NCBI GenBank assembly: GCA_963820525.1
Contig: CAWGAA010000003.1
Location: forward strand, 416,001-480,000
DNA length: 64,000 nucleotides
Direction of reading: 5' to 3'
Origin: an uncultured Spirochaetota bacterium
Lineage (GTDB): Bacteria > Spirochaetota > Spirochaetia > SZUA-6 > Fen-1364
The notes beneath the pieces were generated by a model, which was not told where the DNA came from, made no database searches, and was given only the letters and a program-made list of their open reading frames with translations. A program made the translations under genes and the position numbers. This document shows, in pieces, positions 1 to 8,961 of the stretch (positions within the stretch are counted from its first letter, which is position 1; the number at the start of each line of letters is the position of its first letter).

Positions 1-384
1 TTCGCAGACCGCCTTCGAGTAGTCCCACGCCTTGCCCCAGGAGTCGATCCCGGTCACGTGGGCTTTGGGGTGCCGTCCGGCCAGGGCGATGGTCAGGGGG
101 CCGTTGCCGCACCCGATGTCGAGGGCCCTGCCTTCGCCGTTCCAATTCAGGCGATCCAGCACCAGCTCCCAAAGCATAGCCTGGATATCCCCGCCGCGAG
201 GGGAGAAGGCGCGGTAGGCATACACAAAGTAGGCGAGCGAGACAATGAATGGCGCTGCGCCGAGGAGGAAGGCCGGGTGCAGGAAAGATAGTCCCAAGAA
301 TAGGGCGCTCATCACGGCTGAGCCGTAGATCAGTTTGGTGGATACCCAATTGCCATAATTTGTGACCGCGATTTGTTCAGACAT
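1..384 (-). CDS. Class I SAM-dependent methyltransferase, membrane-anchored (partial; 3' end outside window)
   Basis: Manual translation from ATG 384 (SD AGGAGG): MSEQIAVTNYGNWVS..., hydrophobic N-terminus, motif I ALDIGCGNG, VTGIDSW. Not in the ORF track because it runs off the edge. Confidence 0.85.
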   Translation of the reverse strand, partial: MSEQIAVTNYGNWVSTKLIYGSAVMSALFLGLSFLHPAFLLGAAPFIVSLAYFVYAYRAFSPRGGDIQAMLWELVLDRLNWNGEGRALDIGCGNGPLTIALAGRHPKAHVTGIDSWGKAWDYSKAVCE

Positions 385-540
385 GAGTGCCTCCTGAAGT
401 GACCTGGACTAGGAGCCTGTCGGACTTGCCTGCTTTTGTGTATGTTCATGCACAACAACCCGAGGAAACCTGCATAAACATACACCGGCGGCCTGTCTGC
501 TGAATTTTTATGCAGGAAACGGCCAAAGTCCGACAGGCTC

Positions 541-1425
541 CTAGATCCCTGCAATCACGATACAGTGTGTCCCGTTGATGCGTCCAAATCTCGTCCCATC
601 TTCTGCCGTGAGATAAACTGCCTCCAGATCGGACGGCGTATAGTGCGAGAGAAGCTTGAGCCCGCGCTCGGCGAGAAAACCCTCGATTGCTCCTGCTTCG
701 ATGCCGAACGTCCATCCCTCGCCCGTACGTGCAACGGTGTCATAGATCCCCTGCTCGCCGTAGAACCGGTTCTCGCGCCGGAGCACCGAGGCATAGATGT
801 AGTCGAAGGCAACGATGCTCCCCTCCGCCGCACTGCCGCGAATGAAGGCCAGCGTGCCGTCCACCGCCTCCGGCTCCAGATACATCGTCACACCTTCCCA
901 TAGGAAGAGCGTTTTTTGCTTCTCTTGGTATCCCACCTCCGATAGCACATCGGCGAGATGCTGCTTGCTAAAATCAATGGGCGCGAAGACGAGCATCTTG
1001 GGCAGTACGATTTTTTTACGCTTCAGCACCATGAGCTTGTAGCGCTGTGTGGCGTGGATATCCAGTTCGAATATCGTCGTGCCCTTGTTCCTGCTTTGAA
1101 AGCGCAGCGCCCGCGTGTCCATGCCGGCGCCGAGCAGCACTATCTGGGGAAAGCCGCGATCCAGCGCATCTGCAAAGACCTCGTCGAGCAGTTGCGTCCT
1201 CGCCATAACGTATTCGTATATGCCAGTCGGAAACATCTTGCGCATAGACCATTTTCGCAGGAAAGGGACGTTGAGCAGGATCTGGGGGATGAGTGGGGGA
1301 AATATCTCAGCCAGATAGTCAGGCCCACGAAAGCGTTCGTCCTTTTCCCTGACGGCACACGCCCGAGAAAAGCACGTGTATCCGGCTGTGCTCGATCCCT
1401 TGCGTTCGATCGTTCGTTCTGCCAT
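541..1425 (-). CDS. SAM-dependent methyltransferase, LCM/O-methyltransferase-like family
   Basis: ART..D, QIVLLGAGMDTRA, FELD, WEGVTMYL motifs. Confidence 0.85.
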   Translation of the reverse strand: MAERTIERKGSSTAGYTCFSRACAVREKDERFRGPDYLAEIFPPLIPQILLNVPFLRKWSMRKMFPTGIYEYVMARTQLLDEVFADALDRGFPQIVLLGAGMDTRALRFQSRNKGTTIFELDIHATQRYKLMVLKRKKIVLPKMLVFAPIDFSKQHLADVLSEVGYQEKQKTLFLWEGVTMYLEPEAVDGTLAFIRGSAAEGSIVAFDYIYASVLRRENRFYGEQGIYDTVARTGEGWTFGIEAGAIEGFLAERGLKLLSHYTPSDLEAVYLTAEDGTRFGRINGTHCIVIAGI

Positions 1426-1496
1426 GGTTCAAGCTCCTCTCTCGATGAGTTTGGACGGCCATCCATCTCTCAGTGTCGTTTTCATGACGGCTTTTC

Positions 1497-1564
1497 TCGA
1501 ACCAGGCCGACCAATCGGCTGCCAGGTGGCCGGTAACTCGGATGTCGTAGCGCTGCCGTTTCAT
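1497..1564 (-). pseudogene. Remnant of a small conserved hypothetical protein (YxIRVxGHL...WS.WF)
   Basis: MKRQRYDIRVTGHLAADWSAWFE after SD AGGAG. Similarity to the family is recalled from memory and is lost immediately after this stretch. Confidence 0.4.
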
Positions 1565-2000
1565 CCCTGTGTCTCCTGCGGCGGGCCTGCACACTCTCAC
1601 CTCCGACAGACTAAGGATAGCCGACGGAGGCGGAGATGAGGGTCCGCCGGTGGCCCAGAAGCAGCCCCTCGTCCAGCCGCTCGATCAGTCGGGGCCGCTC
1701 TACTAGGTTGGGGTGCGGCGGCGGGATGTAGAGTTTCGTGACCAGAAGGGGTGTATCCATCGCATCACAATCTTACCATGTTCGTGATAGGAAATACGAC
1801 GATTCCCCGGATTCGCCATCGACTGCGATGGCTCTTAGAGCTTAACACCCGCACTCGTATACTACACCATCAGCCCTGGTGCACTGGATACGGGTATTGG
1901 AGTCGAAACGGATCCCTCGCGATGGACAGATGCGGATCGAGGGAGCGTGGCAAAAAAAACCGCGATTGCCCGACGAACATGGAAATGATACGCTTGACCG

Positions 2001-3032
2001 GTGATCCTTAGCGAAAGGATTCTCATTTACGGAACCGGGGTGATCGGCAGCTTGTACGCGGTCCGCTTTTCTCGCGCGGGATTCGACGTGACCGTATTGG
2101 CGCGTGGAGACCGTTTGAACGCGATCCGCTCCGGCGGACTGCGGGTGAGGCACGTATTCCTGGGGGAGGAAGAACGGGCCGACGTCAGGTACGTGGATTC
2201 CCTCGATCAGGCGCGGGAGTACGATCTGGCGCTGGTCACCGTGCGCGCTCCGCAGATCATGAGAGCGTTATCGGACCTGGCGCGCTCTCCAAATCCCGCG
2301 CCGGTGGTCGTGATCGGCAACAACTTCCAGGGACACGCTGAACAGGCGGCGTGTATCGGACACGGACGGCTCGTGCTCGGCTTCGGATCTTTCGGCGGAT
2401 ACCGGGATGAGGGGGTCATCGTGTACCTGGACGGACGGACCCCCAAGCGTCCCGAGGCGGAGCGTCGGCGCGCGACCACCCTGGGGGTGACGTCACCGGA
2501 AGCGGAGCCTGCTCTATCGTACGCCATCGACTGTTTCAGGGCCGCGGGACTCCCGACGGCAAGAAATGCCGATATGGTGGCGTGGCTCAAGTGTCATGCC
2601 GCCCTTGTTTTCCCGCTTGCCGGCGCGATCTACGCGGCCGGGGGCGGGCAGGAATGCACCTGCCGCACCCGCGACGCGTTGGTGCTGGGCGTGCGGGCAT
2701 GTCACGAGCTTTTCCGCGCCCTGCGGAAGCTCGGAGTGGGGACGGAGCCGAGGAGCTTGAAGCTGTTCTTGGGAATGCCCGAGCCGCTCATCATCCGAAT
2801 GCTCGAGCGTGGACTGGCCGGCAGGAGCGCCGCGGTCGCCGTGTTCGGGCATGCGAATGCCGTGGGTGGACGCAGGGAGATAGCCGAACAGGCACTGGCG
2901 CTCGACGCGTTCGTCAGGGCCGCCGGGCTTCCGCTTGAGAGCTGGGACTGGCTGCTCCCCTACTTCGCCCCCGGCAATACCGTCCCTCCGATCGCGGACG
3001 GAAGCAGGGCTCTCCGGCTCCGCGTGTGGTGA
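2001..3032 (+). CDS. Ketopantoate reductase (PanE/ApbA) family protein
   Basis: ILIYGTGVIG Rossmann motif, DVTVLARG, YDLALVTV. Confidence 0.8.
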   Translation: MILSERILIYGTGVIGSLYAVRFSRAGFDVTVLARGDRLNAIRSGGLRVRHVFLGEEERADVRYVDSLDQAREYDLALVTVRAPQIMRALSDLARSPNPAPVVVIGNNFQGHAEQAACIGHGRLVLGFGSFGGYRDEGVIVYLDGRTPKRPEAERRRATTLGVTSPEAEPALSYAIDCFRAAGLPTARNADMVAWLKCHAALVFPLAGAIYAAGGGQECTCRTRDALVLGVRACHELFRALRKLGVGTEPRSLKLFLGMPEPLIIRMLERGLAGRSAAVAVFGHANAVGGRREIAEQALALDAFVRAAGLPLESWDWLLPYFAPGNTVPPIADGSRALRLRVW

Positions 3033-3115
3033 GGGAGCGCCGCAGCCCGGACCGCCCCTATCGGCTCGCTATTCCCGAAACGGCGGACCACACGAGCACC
3101 GTCCGCCTCCTGCCA

Positions 3116-3220
3116 AACCGCAATCCCTTCCGGGATGTCGTGAAGGGCGATGGCGACCGCGATGATGATGCCGAGGGCGAGATCCTGTATCGTGCCCACG
3201 AACGTGGTAATGCCTTCATG
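3116..3220 (-). pseudogene. Internal fragment of a ZIP/ZupT metal transporter
   Basis: EGITTFVGTIQDLALGIIIAVAIALHDIPEGIAV matches ZIP TM4-TM5; the rest of the gene is absent. Confidence 0.6.
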
Positions 3221-3354
3221 CTCGGCGTGACTTTGAGGCGCCGCGCATTACTGCGGCCGAAGGATGGAGTCGGCCGCCCGCGGCGAGCGGGCTGTCAGGG
3301 GCCTATGGGGGAGCCGGCCGCCCGATTGAACGGGCGGCACAGCGCCTTTGAATC

Positions 3355-4719
3355 TCAGCCTACCTTGGGAAGGGCCAGCTCGGCCTTCATGATGGCCGCC
3401 TCGGGATACTCGTAGTCCTCCATCTTTCCGCTGAAGTACTGCTCGTAGGCAGCCATATCGAAGTGGCCGTGGCCGGAGAGGTTGAACAGGATCACCTTCT
3501 TTTCCCCCGTTTCCTTGCACTTCTTGGCCGCCCTGATCACCGATACGATGGCGTGGGCGGACTCGGGGGCGGGGATGATCCCTTCCGTGCGGGCAAAGAG
3601 CACGGCAGCCTCGAAGGTTTCCTTCTGCTTCAACGCTTCGGCCCGGATGATCCCCTTGGCGTTGAGAAGGCTCACGATGGGCGATGCCCCGTGGTAGCGC
3701 AGGCCTCCCGCGTGCACGGAGGGCGGGATGAAATCGTGCCCCAGGGTGTACATCTTGGCCAGGGGAATGAGCTTTCCCGCGTCCCCGAAGTCGTAGGCGT
3801 AGATTCCCCTGGAGAGCGACGGGCAGGCTAGGGGCTCGGATGCGATGAACTCGATATCCCTCTTGCCCGAAAGCTTGTCCTCGATGAAGGGGATGGCGAT
3901 GCCGCCGAAGTTGCTCCCGCCGCCGTGACAGGCGATCACGATGTCGGGCATCAGTCCCAGCTCTTCGAGCACGGCGCGCGCCTCCAGCCCTATCACCGTC
4001 TGGTGCATGAGCACGTGGTTGAGCACGGAGCCAAGGCAATATTTGACCTTGCCGCCTGAGGTGGCCGCTACCTCGACCGCCTCGCTGATGGCGATGCCCA
4101 GGGAGCCGGGGTAGTTGGCCTTGTTCTCCAGCATCTTCTTTCCAATGTTCGTTTCCTTGGATGGGCTGGGCGTCACCTTGGCGTTGTAGCATTCCATCAT
4201 GATCTTTCTGTACGGCTTCTGCTCGTAGGAGGCCCGGACCATGAAAACCTTAACGCCGACGTTGAAGTGGACGCCGGCAAAGGCCAGGGCGCTGCCCCAC
4301 TGCCCCGCCCCCGTCTCCGTCACGAGGTTCTTCACGCCCTCTTTCATGTTGTAGTAGGCCTGGGCGACGGCCGTGTTGGGCTTGTGGCTTCCCGTGGGCG
4401 TCACGCTCTCGTTCTTGAAGAAGATCATGGCGGGTGTTCCGAGGGCCTCCTCGAGGAACTTGGCCCTGATCAGGGGCGTGGGCCGGAAGAGAGAATACAC
4501 CTTGAGCACCTCGTCGGGGATCACTATCTCCCTCTGACTGGAGACCTCCTGCTCCAGCAGGCCCATGGGGAAAAGGGGCGTAAACGCCTCCAGCGGTACG
4601 GGCTTGCCGTCGGCCGGGTTGAGCATGGGCGGAAGCGGCTCGGGAAGGGAGGGAAGAATGTTGAGCCACTTCTTGGGGATCCCATGGGTTGGGAGTTGGA
4701 AGATCCTGTTGTCGGTCAT
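3355..4719 (-). CDS. trpB: TrpB2-type tryptophan synthase beta chain (stand-alone)
   Basis: GSHKPN PLP lysine, TETGAGQWG, CHGGGSN, HAGGLRYHG, PAPESAH, NLSGHG; 454 aa with the N-terminal extension of TrpB2; no trpA adjacent. Confidence 0.93.
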   Translation of the reverse strand: MTDNRIFQLPTHGIPKKWLNILPSLPEPLPPMLNPADGKPVPLEAFTPLFPMGLLEQEVSSQREIVIPDEVLKVYSLFRPTPLIRAKFLEEALGTPAMIFFKNESVTPTGSHKPNTAVAQAYYNMKEGVKNLVTETGAGQWGSALAFAGVHFNVGVKVFMVRASYEQKPYRKIMMECYNAKVTPSPSKETNIGKKMLENKANYPGSLGIAISEAVEVAATSGGKVKYCLGSVLNHVLMHQTVIGLEARAVLEELGLMPDIVIACHGGGSNFGGIAIPFIEDKLSGKRDIEFIASEPLACPSLSRGIYAYDFGDAGKLIPLAKMYTLGHDFIPPSVHAGGLRYHGASPIVSLLNAKGIIRAEALKQKETFEAAVLFARTEGIIPAPESAHAIVSVIRAAKKCKETGEKKVILFNLSGHGHFDMAAYEQYFSGKMEDYEYPEAAIMKAELALPKVG

Positions 4720-4811
4720 GGAAGACTCCTCTCTTTCTCTGTCTATGGCGCGCTCGCCGCGGCACTGCCGCGGGCGAAAGGCGCATGTCCGCCGCGCACC
4801 GCGCGGCGCTG

Positions 4812-4842
4812 AAAATAAAAAAACCCGGGCTCATGCCCGGGT
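4812..4842 (-). terminator. Second intrinsic terminator in the trpB2 leader
   Basis: Minus strand ACCCGGGC-ATGA-GCCCGGGT followed by TTTTTTATTTT. Confidence 0.8.
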
Positions 4843-4852
4843 CTTCGCGCAT

Positions 4853-4905
4853 AAAAAAACCGCGGGCGGTTTCGCTCTCCTTCGGGGAGGAAAACCGCCT
4901 GCGGT
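4853..4905 (-). terminator. Attenuator (3:4) terminator of the trpB2 leader
   Basis: Minus strand ACCGCAGGCGGTTT...AAACCGCCCGCGG followed by T7. Confidence 0.85.
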
Positions 4906-4927
4906 CTCCTGATTCGGTGCTACAGCC

Positions 4928-4984
4928 TCAGGTGGACCGGGGTCTCCCTCCCGTGATCCACCACCACCAGTTGCGCGGCCGCAT
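4928..4984 (-). CDS. trpL: Trp attenuator leader peptide MRPRNWWWWITGGRPRST (may start at in-frame GTG 5008)
   Basis: Four consecutive TGG codons, followed by alternative hairpins and a U-tailed terminator, directly upstream of trpB2. Confidence 0.9.
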   Translation of the reverse strand: MRPRNWWWWITGGRPRST

Positions 4985-5016
4985 CTGCAAGAGGACTTTT
5001 CGTACCACGGAAAACA

Positions 5017-5044
5017 ATGATGCATATCTATTCATTCTTGTCAA
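5017..5044 (-). promoter_or_regulatory. Candidate sigma70 promoter for trpL-trpB2
   Basis: TTGACA (5044-5039), 16 nt, CATCAT; overlaps the end of the LysM gene. Confidence 0.5.
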
Positions 5045-6430
5045 CTTTTTTTTCAGGCAGGGGCGCCGGCGCGAGGGGCCCGGAAGCGCCGCCACCGATG
5101 GAAAGCTCCGAGCCGGGATAGATGAGGTTGGGGTCCTGGATGCCGTTTCGTTTTTGCACCTTGTTCAGGAAATCGAACCAGCTGCCCTGCACGAGCCCTT
5201 CCACCTTGAGCGAGAGGTAGATTTTCCACAGGCTGTCGCCCGCCCTCACGGCATAGGAGAGCCCTTCGGCCTGGTTCCGGGGTTTTTCCTGGTTCTGCGC
5301 GGATGGAACGATCGAGGCCGAAGCATGCTGGAGGGCAGGGGTCCTGGCGGGCATGGGCCGGAGGAAGAGATAAAAGAGGACTGCCAGCGCGATGACGGCG
5401 AATGCGGCGCATCCAAGAAGCACTCCCCGCGGAATGCGAGGGCCTTTCCCTTCCGAAACCCGCCGGGAACGTTGCCCGCCGGCGGGCGAGCTTCTCACCG
5501 CGGGAGGCTGGATATGGAGCACGGGCGGCGGCCCGGCTTTCACGTGAGCGGCTCGTCTGGGGGTCTTTACGGGGGCTTCCTGCTTCACCGCGGCGCCGCT
5601 CCTCAGGACCGGAGCCCTGGCGCGGCGCACCGTCTTCACAACCTTCTGTTTTAGCTCCCGCTTCGAATCAAGCCCCTCTGGCGGACCGCTCGCCCGGGAC
5701 AGGGCTTCATCCGAGAAGTATTTGTCAAGGAAAAAGGAAGCTGAATCGCTGGTGATCCCTTTCCTGCCGGGACCGCTCTCCTCCCATTCCAGCGGATCAT
5801 CCGCCGCGCTTGCCGTCTTTCGAAGCTCGGCCCACAGTGCCCGATAGTCGGCCGACGGGACGCCTCGCCTTTTTACACGCGCTGCAAGGGAAGGCGAGCA
5901 ATATGAGAGAACGGAAAAAATGAGCTGGAAGTTCTCGTTGCTCAAGTCTTCGCGCAGCGAAAGCAGGTAGAGATGCAGAAGGACCGAGGGATTGGCGATC
6001 CTCTTGACCTCCTGCCCGATCTCCAGGCCTTTCTTCACAAGCACGCGCTTCTCCAGATACGTGTATTGCGTAATCTCGAAGAGAAGCGGTTGGGGGATGG
6101 GCACCTCCGCTTTGAAAAGGACCCCGAGACAAACTGGAACTGCGGGAGGCTCAAGCTGCCGGGGATGGTGCAGGTGAAGAACCGAAGAATACGCTGGGGC
6201 GGGGAGCCCATGAGGTGAAGGAGGCAGCCTACCAGGAGCGACGCCTCCGTGGACATCGGGGCACGCTCCATCATCTGTTCTCGGATCCTCTTTCGCGCGG
6301 CAGGGAAGAGCTCGGGCCGAAGCTCGACGGAAAGCGCTTTCCACGTGCCGGGGAGATCCAGCGGCGCGCCTCGAAAAGGGCTTTCGAGGAGGTCTCTCAG
6401 TCGACTTTGGAGCGTTCTTTCCCGGGGCAT
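5028..6430 (-). CDS. Membrane-anchored LysM-domain protein (apparent frameshift at ~6126)
   Basis: C-terminal LysM (YAVRAGDSLWKI...NGIQDPNLIYPGSEL) preceded by a TM helix (VLLGCAAFAVIALAVLFYLFL). ORF 6430-6035 joins the 497-aa frame at FQFV/LGVLFK if one C is added. Confidence 0.7.
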
Positions 6431-6492
6431 ACCGAAGCCATTCGCATCCGCTTGCGGCGGCGCCGCCTCTGGAGCGGAAATGTGCGTGAAAA

Positions 6493-6521
6493 ATCGTAGC
6501 TGAGAGAGGGAAACGTGTCAA
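6493..6521 (-). promoter_or_regulatory. Sigma70 promoter of the LysM gene
   Basis: TTGACA-17 nt-TACGAT; the ORF-track TTG start at 6521 is this -35 box. Confidence 0.7.
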
Positions 6522-6620
6522 GGAAAACTTGTGCCGCCTGTCGCGGGTAATTTTTATTCATTTCAAGGCCGAGAATTATGCTGGGGGCACCGACCGGGAC
6601 CGCCCGCGAAAGGGAAACAT

Positions 6621-7430
6621 GTGCTGACGAAGATCACCAGGTACAAGACTCAAGGCAAGAAGCGGGCTCTGGCCATCTCCTATCGCAGGAGGACGAAGAG
6701 CGCGCTCCTCGCCCTTGCCCGCAGCGTCATCCTCTGCAATACCGTGGAATCTGTGGACGCGGCGGCCGCGCTCGCCCAGGTGATCAGCCGTGAGGGCATG
6801 AACAACCGCAATTACCTGCTGTTTCTCGTTGTGTTGGATACCAATAACCCCCACGTCATCGACGTGCTCATCGGGCGGAGAAACCCGTACCTGCTTTTTT
6901 CTCCGATAAAGCCGAATTGGTTTCTCATCAAGGAGACCTTCCGCATCCTGGCGAAATACAAGGTGAACGAGCTCTGCGAGAAGGCGCTCCTCGCCCTCAT
7001 CGGCGTGGTGCAGAACGCCTATAAAGCATCAAAGGACGGTCACCGAATCTATCCCCTGAGCCTCTCCGCCGTCTACTCGATAGGAAAGTACCTGGACAAG
7101 GAGAAGGACCAGCTGGATGAACGCAACAGGCTGCTCCTGGAGATCCTTTTCGACATCTATTTCGTGGGCATCGACAGCGAGGACAATAACGCAATACGGG
7201 TGGGGATCCGGGCGAACGATATCCGCATGGCGTATTTCGACAACACGAAAAAGATGGTGGACGTCATTCCCCACGTTCTGCTCCTTCACGAAGAGGCCCG
7301 GCCTCCCATCGCCCCGCTTTATTTCGCGGGCGCGGGAAAAAGGGAAGCGCAGGAAAGAAAACCGGGCAAAAATCGCCCGGGGGAGCGCACCCAACCCCGT
7401 TCCCGCCGAACACCCTCACGCCCGAAATAA
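6621..7430 (+). CDS. Unknown-family paralogue 1 (basic N- and C-tails)
   Basis: GTG 6621 after AAGGGA; shares the motifs GMNNRNYLLF, N..VIDVL, SIGKYLD, NRLLLEIL and IRMAYFD with the four downstream genes. Confidence 0.8.
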   Translation: MLTKITRYKTQGKKRALAISYRRRTKSALLALARSVILCNTVESVDAAAALAQVISREGMNNRNYLLFLVVLDTNNPHVIDVLIGRRNPYLLFSPIKPNWFLIKETFRILAKYKVNELCEKALLALIGVVQNAYKASKDGHRIYPLSLSAVYSIGKYLDKEKDQLDERNRLLLEILFDIYFVGIDSEDNNAIRVGIRANDIRMAYFDNTKKMVDVIPHVLLLHEEARPPIAPLYFAGAGKREAQERKPGKNRPGERTQPRSRRTPSRPK

Positions 7431-7432
7431 AT

Positions 7433-7461
7433 TTGACAGCCCGCCGACGACGAACTACACT
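7433..7461 (+). promoter_or_regulatory. Sigma70 promoter upstream of paralogue 2
   Basis: TTGACA-17 nt-TACACT. Confidence 0.75.
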
Positions 7462-7516
7462 ATTACTATAGGCATTACATTCGGGCATCGGCTCGTGAGT
7501 CCGCAGGGAGGCAGAA

Positions 7517-8233
7517 ATGCTTCAGTTTCCGATACTCACATTCTGGAGCGAGGATGACCTGTACAAGCTCCAGGTGCAGGCGGTCTCCTGGTTCCTGAGA
7601 TGCGACTCTCCCCGCAGCGTGGAGGCGTCTCTGGAGTTCGCGCGATACCTGAACTCCAAGGGCCTCGACAGCGACAACTACCCGCTCTTCCTGGAGATGC
7701 TGAGGAACGAGAACGGCTTTGTCGTGGAAGCGCTGGTAGGCAGGGAGAAGGCTTTCGATCTGTTCACGCGCGTGCAGCCGAACCCCTATATCCTCGATTT
7801 CTGTTTCCAGATGCTTCGTCAGTACTCGGTTGGAGGGGTGCACGATCTCACCCTGGAGATCATCTTCGGCATCCTGTACCGCACGTATCACAGCGCCAAG
7901 GAGGGGTACATGCTCCATCCCCTCACCGTCGAGGACGTGAACTCCATCGGGAAATTCCTGGACAAGTCCCGGGACCAGAACAATTCCATCAACCGGTTCA
8001 TCCTCGACATCCTCACGGACATCTCGGAGTATCGCTCCATCAACAACGAAAACCCCGCCGTCGACAGAGTATCCTCTCACGCGACGGCTATCCGAAACGC
8101 GTTCTTTGACAGGAAGAAGAAAATGGCCAGCGTGATGCCCTCGGAGATCCTGGTACGCAAGGAGTATTCCGAGACTCTCGTGCGGCCGAGGAAGCAGAAG
8201 AAATTCACCGATACCGAGAAAACAGGAGAATGA
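7517..8233 (+). CDS. Unknown-family paralogue 2
   Basis: SD GGGAGG; GLDSDNYPLFL, DVNSIGKFLD, NRFILDIL, IRNAFFD. Confidence 0.88.
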   Translation: MLQFPILTFWSEDDLYKLQVQAVSWFLRCDSPRSVEASLEFARYLNSKGLDSDNYPLFLEMLRNENGFVVEALVGREKAFDLFTRVQPNPYILDFCFQMLRQYSVGGVHDLTLEIIFGILYRTYHSAKEGYMLHPLTVEDVNSIGKFLDKSRDQNNSINRFILDILTDISEYRSINNENPAVDRVSSHATAIRNAFFDRKKKMASVMPSEILVRKEYSETLVRPRKQKKFTDTEKTGE

Positions 8234-8246
8234 GAGGAGGTAGCGC

Positions 8247-8939
8247 ATGGCTCAAATGGACGAGTTCAACAGGGAGGTGTGGTCGGAGGATTCGATATTC
8301 CGGGTCGAAAACCACATCATCAACAACATCTTCGCCGGTAGGACGGTGGACGCGGTGGAGGCGGCGATCACCTACACGTCTTTCCTGCGCAGGAGCGGCC
8401 TGACCAATGAAAACTACCCGCTGTTCCTCAAGCTGCTGGAAATGGACAATCACTTCGTGATCGACTCCCTGCTGGGGAGCACGGACCCCTTCCTGTTCCT
8501 CACCCCAATCCAGCCCACCAAGCACCTGGTATCCACGTGCTTCAGGCTGCTCACCAACTGGCACCCCGGAGGCATCTACCCCAAGACCCTCGCCATCGTG
8601 CTGGGTGCCCTCCAGGCGACGTACAGCTACGCCAAGGACGGATACAAGATCCACGATGTGTCCATCAATGACGTGAACAACCTGGGCAAGCACCTGAACA
8701 AGGAAAAGGGCCAGGACGAGCCGGTGAACAGGGCCATCCTCGATATTCTCGACCGCCTTGCCTCCCTCGAGGGACAGGGAGACGACGCGATGGAGCTCAT
8801 CGCCCGGCAGTGCAACGTGATCCGCGGCAACTTCTTCGACAAGCGCCGCAAGATGGAAGACGCGATTCCCCAGGTTCTCCTGGTCAAGTCCGACTTCCTC
8901 GTGAAAGAGGTTCTTCCGAGCCTCGTGTTCGAAGATTGA
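8247..8939 (+). CDS. Unknown-family paralogue 3
   Basis: SD GAGGAGG; GLTNENYPLFL, DVNNLGKHLN, NRAILDIL, IRGNFFD. Confidence 0.88.
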   Translation: MAQMDEFNREVWSEDSIFRVENHIINNIFAGRTVDAVEAAITYTSFLRRSGLTNENYPLFLKLLEMDNHFVIDSLLGSTDPFLFLTPIQPTKHLVSTCFRLLTNWHPGGIYPKTLAIVLGALQATYSYAKDGYKIHDVSINDVNNLGKHLNKEKGQDEPVNRAILDILDRLASLEGQGDDAMELIARQCNVIRGNFFDKRRKMEDAIPQVLLVKSDFLVKEVLPSLVFED

Positions 8940-8961
8940 CGATTCGACAGGAGGGTGAGAT

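Noticed and set aside
4740..5020. T-box riboswitch upstream of trpB2
   Set aside because: No convincing T-box consensus or stem I; the TGGTGG run is explained by in-frame Trp codons of a leader peptide.
6431..6620. ORF-track N-terminal extensions (6521 minus, 6531 plus)
   Set aside because: The 6521 TTG is a -35 box and the extensions read as non-protein-like; better starts are 6430 and 6621.
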